Below are positions 14,519 through 27,313 of a stretch of 64,000 nt of DNA, in pieces (the first letter of the stretch is position 1; each line of letters begins with the position of its first letter). The translations under genes and the position numbers were made by a program. The stretch spans positions 178,002,001 through 178,066,000 of the forward strand of contig OX597814.1 of assembly GCA_951406725.2 (NCBI GenBank). Direction: 5' to 3'. Under the pieces are notes generated by a model. The model was not told the DNA's origin, did not search any database, and saw only the letters and a list, made by a program, of their open reading frames with translations. The DNA comes from Octopus vulgaris (lineage: Eukaryota).

Positions 14519-15380
14519 TACAGGTGTACGAGTTCAATTTTATGATTTTTGATGTCTGTTTTTTTTTCCTCGGCAACACTTTTGATGTATTGGTGAACAT
14601 TCAATGCGCTGGATATCTTAAAGAGCAAAGGTGTAGTTTAGTAAAAGTTAGCTGACATGGTGGGGGAGTGGAATCTGAGTGAATATTGGAAAAGAGTTAC
14701 GTGTGTCATGAAAATTCGTGCCGGCTATCAAATTGACTGCTCTTCCCTTCTCCATAAACATTGCAAAAGCTGTAGGACAGTTGCAACGGAGATTACAAAG
14801 TTGAGGCCGCAGAAGGGGACGGTGAAGGTGTTCTGACACCATCTGCGCGCGGAAATTCATCCAGCAACTCATAAACAGAGCCTTAAGCTCAATTCAGACG
14901 GCTTTGTGAAGCAGCTGAAACCTTGGCCTAGAGGGGTTTGCCGCTGGAAGGCCAGATATGTGTCAACAAGATTCAGCTCCTTGCAACCCCTTCGGAAAGG
15001 ATCAGAATGTGTTGTCTTAGAATTTCTACGACTTCACCAGCCCCAATTTTTAACGACCTAATTCCCTGGATTATAATCCCAAGGGATACAATGTATTGGG
15101 CGCGATTCTGAAAGACACCGACAACGCGCCTGCACCACCAAGGCTGAGCTAGAGGTCAAGGTCAAAGAGGTGCTTGAATGTCTTCTGAAGGGCACTCTGA
15201 GGAACGCATGCGCCATTTCTGGACACGATTTCAAGCCGTGCTGGAAGATAGAGGCGGCTAGTGTGGACGAACTGTTATCTCCTAGCCATAATTTAGCTCA
15301 TAATTTTGATTTTTTGGAAGGAATATTGTATTTTCTTTTCCTTTTATGGAAACTGTCAAATTTAGCCTGTATACTCAGTA
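14519..15380 (+). mobile_element. Internally deleted, decayed Tc1/mariner-superfamily transposon, maT (DD37D)-like
   Basis: QQDSAPC at 14964, then F*RPNSLDYNP (WPPNSPD.NP-like), TTKAELEVKVKEV, LRNACA, RFQAVLEDRGG; loose inverted termini TACAGGTGTAC.../...GTATACTCAGTA with TA at both ends. Confidence 0.7.
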
Positions 15381-15599
15381 CGTAAATATATGCGTGAATA
15401 TATATGCATATATGTGTGCCTGTGAGTGTGTGGATGTTTGGGCATATGTGTATGAGCGTTTTTATGTGAGTTTGTATGCACACGTAGTTGAAAGAAAATA
15501 AAAAATATATTGTACACTTTTACAAATATCTCTGGGATTTGAAAATCCTGTTGTTGACAATACAGTGATTGTCAGGCTCAGCTGGCGGTAGATTCGATC

Positions 15600-15870
15600 T
15601 AGGGACTTTTCCTCTCCCAGGATTTGTTCCTGGCATCCTCAAAGCTGGAGATAGCTTAGTAGTATGAGCTTCTCCACTTCAGTGCTACCAACGCCCATAT
15701 CTTCAGATTTATCTTCAATATTTTCAAACTGGTCTTTAGATAGTCCTTATACGGAGCAGGGGGCGACTTTGATACCTGACGCCAGATCGAAGATCTCCAT
15801 AAAACAGGATGCTCCCGAGGTAGCAGCATTTGACAAAGCATCCAGATAGGAACTGTTTAGCGTTTACAAT
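15600..15870 (-). mobile_element. RTE-clade LINE C-terminal fragment
   Basis: Joining the two ORF-track frames gives ILFYGDLRSGVRYQSRPLLR + YKDYLKTSLKILKIN..W, matching the RTE LYGEL..G.R..G.P..RYKD.LK.SLK tail. Confidence 0.7.
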
Positions 15871-15948
15871 AGGAAAGTGATTTTGTGTGTTCAGGTGCTG
15901 GATAAACATGCACAAACATGTGCACAAATCAGCCAATACCTCTGAATA

Positions 15949-15983
<35 letters not shown>

Positions 15984-16022
15984 TATGTATATATGCGTAT
16001 ATATGTATATCTATATCTATCT

Positions 16023-16121
<99 letters not shown>

Positions 16122-16201
16122 GATATACATATACATACTTACATATATACCGGAGTAAACAAATATTTGCGAAACAAGGTGGGAAAAATAGTACTCGAAT
16201 A

Positions 16202-16251
<50 letters not shown>

Positions 16252-16722
16252 GCATATATACCCATATGAATAGGCGAATGCATATATGGAACTGTGGGTG
16301 TGTTATATTCATAAATACATGCATGTATCTATTTAGGTTCGTAAGTAACATTTGGGAAACAAACAAAGGAATGTGGCATTGATGATGAATAGGATTGAGT
16401 TGCCAGGTGAAGAGGAAATCACAGACTATTATACAAAATACCGATCAACAAACAAACATACACACTTATATACGTGCGCATGTATGATATAATCTTGTAT
16501 AGGTGTGTACTCACGTTACTCTAGGTATGGTATATTAGTTGCAATAAGTTGAGTAAAGTAGCTTATATTTTGAAGGACGTCGTTCACTCCGCATGTGTGC
16601 GTTTGCTGAATCCAGAATTGTTTTCGGCATACATAGGTACATACATACATACGTACATACATATTCATGCATATATATATACATACATATACATAAATAT
16701 AGATACATACACATACATATAC

Positions 16723-16769
<47 letters not shown>

Positions 16770-16890
16770 CATATATATATACATATATACATCTATATAT
16801 ACATATGTAAACACATATAGTTAGATGCGGTAAATATATATATACCTATCTTCCTATCTCTCTTTTTCAGTATCTCCTTTACTCTCCCCC

Positions 16891-16930
<40 letters not shown>

Positions 16931-17339
16931 GTTTTTGTATGCGTGTATGTGTTTTTGCATGTGCATTTTTGTGTGTGTGTACATATATATAAATGTGTGT
17001 GCGTGTGTGTGTGTGTGTGCACAGATATGTATTTACATGTGTATAACTGTTTATATATAGTCATTCATATACAAGTGCGTATGTAAACTATGTTTGTTTT
17101 TATGTTTGTGGGTGACGGAAACAAATATTAGAAAAAGTTTGGAAATTATAAACTAGAGTTTTTAAATAAATGTGCCTGCAAAGAAAACACAGTTCAAACT
17201 TTTACAATTTGACGTGTTTTGTGTTTCAAATATATTTTCTTTTTATAATTCTGAACAGCAATCTATCTGTTGTAAGTTTCTATAATTTTACTCTTTATTC
17301 ATCTTCCCTGTTTGTGTACACACACAAACACACCTATGT

Positions 17340-17383
<44 letters not shown>

Positions 17384-17699
17384 GTACATATATATATATA
17401 ATTGTATGAGTATATATATATATCTTTATCTATTTATATATACATGTACATATGTATTCAGATATATAAACAGAAAAAAATCGTACAAAAACTATTCACT
17501 TAATCATCGAAACACCCACACTTAGAAGATTTTTTGCAGTTACCTTCAAAATACTCTCTTTATATATAGTTGTGCATATACATATAATGCAATTTTTTAT
17601 GTATGTAAATGTATATGCATGTCTGCGTGTGTCTTTATATATCGGAAAACAACTCATTAATCTGATATCAAGAATATATCAACATCATAAATGGTAACA

Positions 17700-17935
17700 T
17701 TATTATTTTTGCTTCTGCCTGAACAATTTCTCCTTGACACACCACTACATTTATATGGAAGTATAATTCTGATCGTTTTTCTCCCTCCACATATAGATTC
17801 TCAAATATTATCTCCGATATTTCTCTCATCATTCAAAAATAATCTATCGACACCGACACACGTGCATAGCAGAAACGCATATATAAACTCGCAAGTCTTA
17901 CAAATGACTGCCCCAAGTCAATATATGCAATATTA
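17700..17935 (-). mobile_element. Highly decayed LINE RT fragment (RTE-like)
   Basis: Minus strand IAYIDLGQSFVRL (cf. AFIDLEKAFDRV) followed by FHINVVVCQG (cf. F.I..GV.QG). Confidence 0.45.
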
Positions 17936-18191
17936 TAAAAATCATTCTTTTATAGTTATATTTCTTGTGACTTTCACAGCAATTGAACAATAAAAAAAAC
18001 AGAAAATGCATTCCCGGTTCTAAAATGAACTTTTTTTTTTATATTGTTTTGATAAATACAAAGCAAAAGATAACATACAACGAAATTACACATCTAAATG
18101 CTTTTAAATCTGCATATTTCTGTATATTCGAATTAATTTTTAAATCAAAATGTTTCACTGAAATAATGAATTGAAAAATACATTATGTTCG

Positions 18192-18248
<57 letters not shown>

Positions 18249-18546
18249 TATAGATGTGGATATATGCATATATGTGCGTGTAGACACCCGATCAGATACA
18301 AACAAATACTGATGCAGATTTATCTAAACAACTTACTTAGAAATGTATGTTAAAATATTACGACCGTTATAATTTGATTCTGATAATCTTTGTATTCTAT
18401 CTCCATGTTAATGGGGTCGGAGTAAAAAAGGTAATCGATTTGGTGTACTTTTCTTCATATAGAGGGGGGTTGAAATCAATGTTATATTTATGCATGTAAT
18501 CGTATATATATATATACAAAAGTAGAGATAGATAAACTGACTGATT

Positions 18547-18586
<40 letters not shown>

Positions 18587-19009
18587 AAGATATTGCTGAC
18601 GGATTATTTTTAGAAACAGAAATGATTTCTTAGAGACACAATTTAGAGGCAGTCTCTCTTCTACACGCAGTCTCTCTCGCACACGCACACTCTTATCTCT
18701 CTCTGTATTTCTCTGTCTGTCTCTGTATATCTGTCTCTTTCTCTATCTCTCTTTCTCGCTTATTGGAAGCTGAAGATTCTTGTATCACATTTTCGGGCTT
18801 CCCATAATGGAGACAGGCTGTTTGCAGAACCATTTTTGGGGAAGACACACATGTCTTTATGCTCGAAGTGAAAATTCTTGAGAGCTTGTGAAGATCCTAT
18901 ATGAAAGCATTTGTCAACTCGCAAACAAATTATATATACATACATATATACACACACATGTGTAATTATATATATCTATATATATATGTATGTATGTATG
19001 TATATATAT

Positions 19010-19246
19010 AATAAAAATAAGTGACAAGTATATCTTCGATAATTTGGTACGATCGTTTCATGCTACTTCATTTTATTAAACATTGTAACTATTACATCAG
19101 TTTTTAAATGTTGAGCAATTTTCAGTCATTTATAGAAGTCTTCCATCCAACGGACAATACATATACTTATTTCCATCTCAGTTACCAACACTATAGAGAG
19201 TTTCAAATTTGATATCTGGGTCCTCGTTCTTAAAGTATTTTTTCGA

Positions 19247-19300
<54 letters not shown>

Positions 19301-19389
19301 CGTCACTGCTTGGAATCGAACTCGGAATCTTGGGGTTAGTAGCCCGTGCTCTTAACCCCAAAATTATGAGTTCGATTCCAGGCTGTGAT

Positions 19390-19431
<42 letters not shown>

Positions 19432-19957
19432 TACATAAAAATATCTTAAGAATGAGACCCAGGTTCGAAATTCCCCCAAGACACCTGATGAAGGCTGGAG
19501 GGTATATCAGCCGAAACGTTGTGTTAACAACAAACAAGATGCGGACAAATATCCGTCAAATGTAAATAATGTAAATAATGTACATAATTCATCTCTTAAA
19601 TATAGAACGGTATCAATAATGACTACTTTCGAGAAAAATCGGCTGCAGCAATGGGAACACGAGCTGCACCTTCTTTTGTGAACCTGATAATAGGCTATCT
19701 GGAAATGAAACTTTACCAGAAAACACTCGAGAAATATGGAATCTCCTTTTTAACCTACATTCAAAACAACTGGAAAAGATATCTCGATGACTGCTTCATC
19801 CCCAATAATGAAATTGTAGAAAAACTTAATGAATTCAAAACACTTCTAAATGGAATAAAGGAAAACCTACAATTTACGATAGAGTATAACCAGTAGCAAC
19901 TAATGTTTTTAGATATCCTTTTTACGAAAATCGGGAACAAAGTGGAAACAGATATCA
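19010..19957 (+). mobile_element. Penelope-like element remnant: inverted terminal-repeat region followed by RT fragment
   Basis: ORF 19651..19896 MGTRAAPSFVNLIIGYLE...WKRYLDDCFI...LQFTIE, continuing *QLMFLDIL..VETDI, is PLE RT; upstream hammerhead motif and fold-back; truncated by a SINE fragment at 19958. Confidence 0.85.
19480..19525 (+). ncRNA. Minimal type I hammerhead ribozyme motif
   Basis: GACAC-CTGATGA-A-GGCTG(gagggtatat)CAGCC-GAAA-CGTT-GTGTT: stem I GACAC/GTGTT, stem II GGCTG/CAGCC, palindromic stem III ACGT. Confidence 0.75.
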
Positions 19958-20359
19958 GTGTGTTTACGTCCCCGTTACCAAGCTGTTTGGCAAAAGAGAC
20001 CGATAAAATAAGTACTAGGCTTCCAAAGAATAAGTCCTGTATGTTAAATATTGAAGGCTGATTCAATCTATCAGGAGATAATCTGACCATTTCTGTCTTA
20101 AAAATGACTAATTAGATGATTATGCAAAAATGCAATGTGTGGAAGAGAATAGTTAAATTCAAAGGTGTGTGATTATATACGGTATTCCGTATTCTTCTAA
20201 ACAGAATCGTAGATAAGATGAAATATTTTTTGAGAATCTTCAGATAATAATGAAGTCATTAAGTATTGGAGATAGCCGAATTATATTATTCTAACGCAGC
20301 ATAAATAAAACAACTTCTTCATCTATATTTGATTAAAAACAAATATAGAAACAGGAGCA

Positions 20360-21477
20360 GAAGCATAGTAGTTTCTTTGTACGAAGAAATAAATCATGTT
20401 ATCAAATAAAGATACTGCATAAGTGTTAATGCACAGGAATATACGTTCTTTTCAGGCAAAGCACTAAAAGTAAATAAAAAGGAAATGGGGAAAAAAAGTG
20501 CAAGCTTGCAATATGTGATGTGTAAGACTATATAATCTGAAATAATTATTGAGTATGTAAATATATAATTGGTTGAATTTCTGTTGATTAAAAACAAATA
20601 TAGAAACTAAATACAGTAAAAAATCACACTTTATCATTATTGATTAATTGCCGTTCAGGAATTTGTATTGGTAAGCAGTTTAATAACTAAATGAAGAAAA
20701 GTAATCCTTTAGAATATAAAACAACCTTATCTGTTATTTACAAATGAGTATGACCTACAAGCTTATGCTAAGTTTTCCAATTTGCCTTGGGTGCCTAAAT
20801 AGTCTAAATATACAGATACCTTTTCGGTTCTCCCACTCTTGGTATAATGGAATCCTTGAAGTGTGCCAAAAGGCAGAAATGAGAGCTGCCTCAGTAGACT
20901 GCTGGTACTCGCTAGAGCAATGCAAAATAAATTGTCTTGCCGAAAGACACACGTATTCACTCCAGTTACCATTCCTCACTTCCACAGCATTACGATAATA
21001 TGGGCAACACCCTGACCACTAGGTTATATTTCTTACCTCTTTGTTTGTCTTTTGTGTTTTCATTAGAAACTTGTTGAGAAAATAAATGGATGCAATAATG
21101 AAGAGCTAGAAAAGGTTAAAATTTGAAATAGACGTAGAAATACAGTAGTTTCAGTGTGCGAAGAAATAAGTCATGTTATCATGTTAGCAAATAAATATAT
21201 TGCATAAACGTTAATGCACAGGAATATACATTCTTTTCAAGCAAAGCATTTAAAGTAAATAAAAAGGTAATGGGGATAAAAAAGTGCAAGCTTGCAATAT
21301 GTGATGTATAAGAGTGTATAACCTGAAATAATTATTGAGTATGTATAATATAATTGGTTGAATTTCTGTTGATTAAAAACAAATATAGAAACTAAATACA
21401 GTAAAATATCAAACATTATCATCATTGATTAATTGTCGTACAGGAATCTGTATTGGTAAGCAGTTTAATAACTAAAT
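20360..21477 (+). repeat. Direct duplication of ~335 bp (20360-20692 and ~21140-21477)
   Basis: Long collinear match, e.g. GTGCAAGCTTGCAATATGTGATG and GTATTGGTAAGCAGTTTAATAACTAAAT in both copies. Confidence 0.9.
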
Positions 21478-22348
21478 TAATACATTATTTAGACGAATCT
21501 TCAATTGTGTCTACATTTGAACACTTAAAAGAATACAATAAATTGTTAATCAGAAACACATTAAAATTTCCGGGTTAAGTAAATAGTATTTTATAGTTTG
21601 AACGATATACTATTATAAAATAGGAATGCTGCAATCACAAAACCCTAATGGTTGTTAGTGAAATCATTATGTTATTATTAATATTATTATTATTATCAAT
21701 ATTATTATTATGAATGACGGATAATAGGAAAATATTTTAGAACTATATGAAAATTATTGGGGATATAAAGTATGAAAACAAAATATATATGCAGCGATAT
21801 ACCAGACGAAAGTGTGTTAAATAAATGATTAACTATCTAGAAATATAATAGGTCCTAAATAATATTTTAATGCTTTAACTGTCATGTGGCTGCAAGATGA
21901 GACTAACTATAAATGTCGTCCATGTAATTGAAGGTTGACGAGCACAACATATGATTTTTAATGCAAAGCTAACAAGGCTTTTTTCACTTTTAGCCAAAAA
22001 TTATACAAAAAATAAAAATGTTGTTGACTTTGTGTCTAAATACGTGTAGGCAGTGATATGCCGTATCTACTTTACTATTTTTTAAAATTTCGTTGCTAAA
22101 AATTATTTTGAGCGAATTTGCTGTTGAATCTATTTGTAAAATTGAAATTGAGTTATTGTTGACTTTCATTCAATAAACAATTATTTTCACCCCAAATATT
22201 TTTTATGTGGGTGACTGTTGAAGCTGACAATCATAATTGAATGAATTTAGTTGTGTAATTAGCATTTTAATTGCAATAGACAAATGTACACTCATGGTCA
22301 CGCAATATTGTGAATAGTTGAATATCAAAATTTAACATTATTAGATAT

Positions 22349-22944
22349 ATATTTCTTTATTGCCTACAAAGGGCAAAACATAGAGGGGACAAAAAAGGGA
22401 TTAAGTCGATTACATCGACCCCAGTTTAGAACTGGTAGTTATTTAATCGACCCCGAAAAAATAAAAGGCAAAGTCCATCTCGACGAAATCTGAACTCAGA
22501 ACGTAGCCGCACACGAAATACCTATTTCTATTTCTTCACTACCCACAAGGGGCTAAACACAGAGAGGACAAACAAGGACAGACAAACGGATTAAGTCGAT
22601 TATATCGAGCCCAATGCGAAACTGGTACTTATTTAATCGACCCTGAAAGGATGAAAAGCAAAGTCGACCTCGGCGGAATTTGAACTCAGAGCGTAGCCTC
22701 AGACGAAATACCTATTTCTTTACTACCCACAATTGGGCTAAACACAGAGAGGACAAACAAGGACAGACAAACGGATTAAGTCGATTATATCGACCCCAGT
22801 GCGTGACTGGTACTTAATTTATCGACCCCGAAAGGATGAAAGGCAAAGTCGACCTCGATGGAATTTGAACTCAGAACGTAATGGCCGATGAAATACGGCT
22901 ACGCATTTCGCCCGGCGTGCTAACATTTCTGCCAGCTCACCGCC
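22349..22944 (-). mobile_element. tRNA-derived SINE (octopus OK-like family) with one head and three tandem ~190-bp bodies, 17-bp TSD
   Basis: Head GGCGGTGAGCTGGCAGAA at the right end; GAGTTCAAATTCC..GAGGTCGACTTTGCCTTTCATCC body three times; TTAACATTATTA(G/A)ATAT at 22332-22348 and 22945-22961. Confidence 0.9.
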
Positions 22945-22971
22945 TTAACATTATTAAATATTTCTTGTTAA

Positions 22972-23140
22972 AAGCGACGACCTGGCAGGATCGTCAGCGT
23001 GCCGGACAAACGGCTTACCAGTATTTCAGCCGTTTTAACGGTATACGTTCAAATTCCGCCTAAGTTGACTTTGTATTTTATTCTTTCTTATTCGAAAAAT
23101 TTATTTACCAGTCGGCCATTGGAATCGATGTAATTGACTA
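22972..23140 (+). mobile_element. Older, diverged OK-like SINE, head-to-head with the previous copy
   Basis: CTGGCAGGATCGTCAGCGTGCCGGACAAA...GTTCAAATTCCGCCTAAGTTGACTTTG. Confidence 0.75.
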
Positions 23141-24737
23141 TCCAATCTCTCTGAAAATTTCAATATTATTCCTTTAAGGAATTCGAGGTATTTTGGCTTG
23201 GGAATTACTGGCAAAGAAAAGAAAATAATGTTGTTAACAGTTCTAAATTCAACAGCAACTGTGCCACTCTATGCCGTATGAGGAATCATACGATTTTATT
23301 TCACTTGTGCTCTCATAAATGCATCATCTGGGTGCTACTTTATAATTTGTAGTTGACTTATGTGAAGATACGTATATATTCTAAAGGTACATATTGAAGT
23401 AAATCATTCGCGTGTAGGCAAATTTTGAATACATACTGATTATATGTGAAAATGTGTGAAGTTGTTTCACATGTTTTCTAAGGTTAATATTAAGAGGTGA
23501 CTAGGTAAAACAACATCTTGTTGATTATTTTCAGAAATACCTCTGAATAAATTGAACCAGTTTCGACAAGGGAACTTCTGTTATTCCTAAATGTTAAGTC
23601 TGATTTGGTTATGGTTTAAAAGGTTAGTGTTTTTACCTAAATCTGTTTCGCTTCTTTTGTTATCAGTAGATTGATCCTGTTTTCTTAGGGTATAAACGAC
23701 ACATTTTTTAGTACAGATTAATGATTGAATTAAATATAAAACAGTGATAGCTGTATGAGCTTTTCTCAATGAAAAGGAATTGATCAAAACTGTTATTTTT
23801 TTTTTTAAGTATTTGTCCCAACTCAGTTTCGAAGGGGCTCGATATCCCTTCTTGATTCGATACTTTATAATCAGGACGAAAAAAAAGTCTTCGAACGAAT
23901 GCAACAAAAAGTGTCAGAATGATATTTTACCGTTTTCAAACGTAATCTATTTTTGTTGTCTTTTTTATATTCTATAGTTTAACTATTTGGAAAACGCGTT
24001 CGATTCAGAAAATCTACTAGTCTGAAATCAGTTAAAATATTTCTATAATTTCATATAAACTTTCGAAATCGCTACCGAAGTTGACACACCATAATGACTA
24101 CAAGTTTTAAAACATTCCATACACACACACGTATGTGCGTTCGATTACACACAACACGCACACACACACACACACACAAACACACCTACACTCATAGAAT
24201 AATATATGTAAGTAACAGGAAAAATTCTGATCGTACATCTTAATTCATCGAAAACCCAGGCAAATATTCACAAAAGAGTTGAATAAAACATTTCACATAA
24301 ATTAAATTATTCAGAGCTACGAGTATGTCTACATGAGAAAAGTGGAGCTGAATTGAAGAATCCGGAACACAACATACAAAATAGAGATGCATAAATTACC
24401 TTTCACATTATACATTGTTGCCAATATCAATTTGATGAATGGAATCAAATGATTTGATAAGACTTGACAATTGTTTGTACATTTATTCAAATGCTATGAC
24501 AGTGAGTAATGGATCATTAAATGGTTTTTATCTCAAAAGTGATTAAAAAATGCCTACACTTCTCTTGTTTTGCGTGGTATCGGTCTGTATGGCTGGCTGG
24601 CTGTTTATCTCTCTCTCTCTCTCGCTACCTATGTACCCATCTGTCTATCTGTTTCTCTCTCTCTCTCTCTCAAAATATTACTTATTGCTTCCTATGTGTC
24701 TCTCTCTGTGTTTATGTGTATATATGTATATTTCTGT

Positions 24738-25040
24738 GGAAGCGCAATGGCACAGTGGTTAGTGCAGCGGACTCGCGGTCGTAGGATCGCGGTTTCGATT
24801 CCCAGGCCGGGCGTTGTGAGTGTTTATTGAGCGAAAACACCTAAAAGCTCCACGAGGCTCCGCCAGGGTGTGGTGGTGATCCCTGCCGTACTCTTTCGCC
24901 ACAACTTTCTCTCACTCATTCTTCAGTTGGCCTGCTCGCTTAGCCAGCGAGATGGCGTCATTTTAAGGCTAAAATAATGCGAAGCGCATTGTGACCGGCT
25001 ATATGTAGCAACATCTGATAGCCTGGTCGGTCACGGTGAT
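24738..25040 (+). mobile_element. Full-length tRNA-derived SINE (third family)
   Basis: A-box TGGCACAGTGG, B-box GGTTTCGATTCCC, tRNA-unrelated body, tail GATAGCCTGGTCGGTCACGGTGAT shared with 57638-57760. Confidence 0.85.
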
Positions 25041-25252
25041 CCCGCTGCTGTATACGTCTATGTAAAATTATGTGTCTGTCCGTCTATCTGACTGACAGAA
25101 TGCATGTCTTCATATATGAACGCATATAGGAATGCATGTTAGGATGTGCGTCCATCGATGTAAGCATATAAATATATTCTATATACTTAATTATTCAATC
25201 TGTTTCTCTCGTTCTGCCCCCTTTATATACACGTGCGCTCACAAATATATTA

Positions 25253-25375
25253 ACGTTGACCCCAGTAATTCATTGGTAGTTAATTTATCGATCCAGAAAG
25301 AATGGAAGGCAAAGTCGATCTCAGCAGAATTTGAACTCCCGGCGTACTAACGATTGTATCAAACTCACCGCCTTA
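25253..25375 (-). mobile_element. Internally deleted OK-like SINE
   Basis: GAAGGCAAAGTCGATCTCAGCAGAATTTGAACTC and CTCACCGCC match the family on the minus strand. Confidence 0.7.
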
Positions 25376-25385
25376 TAGCAATAGC

Positions 25386-25456
<71 letters not shown>

Positions 25457-25965
25457 GGCACACACCAGAAAAGGTCACATAAAACGAGAAAGCAACCATA
25501 CTCTGGGATATGCCAATACACACAGATAGAGAAATTAAGGTCAACAGACCAGATAGAGTTGTCAGAGATCATGAAGAAGAAATAAAGTTTTCTAATTGAT
25601 GTATCAATACTAGCGGATGACAACGTGTCTCTAAAAGAAATGGAGAAACATTCAAAATAGAAAGACCTGGAAATAGAGGTAACCAGAATGTGGAATCTAA
25701 AAACAGAAACAATTCCTATCATAATAGGTGCGTTAGGCATGATAAAAAAAATATTCAGACAAATACATAACAAAAACACCAGGACTTACAAACACATATA
25801 ACATACAGAAAACTGTACTACTAGGCACTGCACACATCCTACGCAGAACAATTTCCATACAATAAACATCAGAGCATCACAACAAATCACAGCACATACC
25901 CAAGGCACACAGAGCTGCGCTCGGTAGTGAAGTGTAAGCACGCTATAAAAAAATATACTACTGAA
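25457..25965 (+). mobile_element. 5'-truncated Dong/R4-like LINE (REL endonuclease end and 3'UTR) inserted in (TAA)n
   Basis: TILWDMPIHTDREIKVNRPD, FLIDVS, KDLEIEVTRMWNLKTETIPIIIGALG, IQKTVLLGTAHILRRTISIQ* (stop 25863-25865); (TAA)n on both sides. Confidence 0.9.
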
Positions 25966-26250
25966 TATTAATAATAACAATAATTATAATAATAAATGCC
26001 CAGATGCAGTGCGAGGCAGAGGCTCTCATGGCTTCTGATCTAAACTAATTGGAAGTGTTATCATGTATATGTTTTGTCTTGATATCTTGATATAAGATTA
26101 CCATATCGCGCACATATGACTGAGATGCATGAGCCTGGTGTACTTTTGTCAGTCTGATAGTTATGATGAGCACATTGGGCTTCGTATACCCAAGTGTCAC
26201 TTCGAGAGTATTGCATTGCTCTCTTACTCAATAATAATAGTAATAATAGA

Positions 26251-26317
<67 letters not shown>

Positions 26318-27131
26318 AGGGTATGTGTATGTATGACTGCGCGCGCATCTTTAAAGAAGTGAGGATCAAGCGCTGGAACTCGTTGACATTTTAACAATAA
26401 TATGTGTACGATCGGATTATTGAACAGTTTTCTCCGCTTTTAAGAGCTTGGATGTTGCTTGAATATGCCATTTCTAATTCAAGCAAATTGAAGGACCACA
26501 ATTTGTTGCCCTTTTTGTATGAATTAAACATTGGTTTAATGAATTTGCTCTATAACATAAATGATGTTGTACGTGTAAACATTACTATGAATTATGCAGC
26601 CAAATGTCACCTATTTTGACTTATTTCATTTTCTAGAAACAGCAAACTCGATTTATAAATATATTCAGATACACACTTAATTATGCATAATCAGGTTTCT
26701 TTTCTTACATAATTTTCGAGCTGTTGATTTATGATTTACACAGTTTACCGTAAATGCAAATACAGATTATTCAGATAAATATTAAAGATTTCTGCCACCT
26801 ACACCATAAATCATTCACTGGTGTAGCTGTCGGTAACAACAGCTACTAATATGGTCATGCTCTTCGCAGCTGCCTTGCTATATAACACCTCATTCTAGAG
26901 TCACATTTCCGTTGCATCTCCTTCTCACGCTGTAACTTAAGTATCAAGTAAATATTAAGTAAATATTTTTTTTTATTATTTATTCTCAGATCTGTATCAT
27001 TCGGGAAAAATTACCATGATCCCGATTCACTTTTGCGATAAAAGGAAAACAAAAAGCTCCAACTGGGTATCAATTACATGTATCTTACAGATCTGGTTGT
27101 TAAAACATATTATGGTATCTACACACCATCC

Positions 27132-27313
27132 TATTTCGTCTGCCGCTACGTTCTGAGTTCAAATTCCGTCGAGGTCGACTTTGCTTTTCATCCTTTCGGG
27201 GTCGATTAAATAAGTACCAATTACGCACTGGGATCGATATAATCGACTTAATCCGTTTGTCTGTCCTTGTTTGTCCTCTCTGTGTTTAGCCACTTGTGGG
27301 TAGTAAAGAAACA
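27132..27313 (+). mobile_element. Headless OK-like SINE body with an 18-bp TSD
   Basis: Single ~182-bp body; GGTATCTACAC(A/T)CCATCC at 27114-27131 and 27314-27331. Confidence 0.85.

Noticed and set aside
22349-22944. CRISPR-like or satellite interpretation of the tandem units
   Set aside because: Units are ~190-bp SINE bodies without unique spacers; eukaryotic context and no cas genes.
24738-24812. Genuine tRNA gene
   Set aside because: No clean acceptor stem, and it continues into a SINE body whose tail recurs at 57638.
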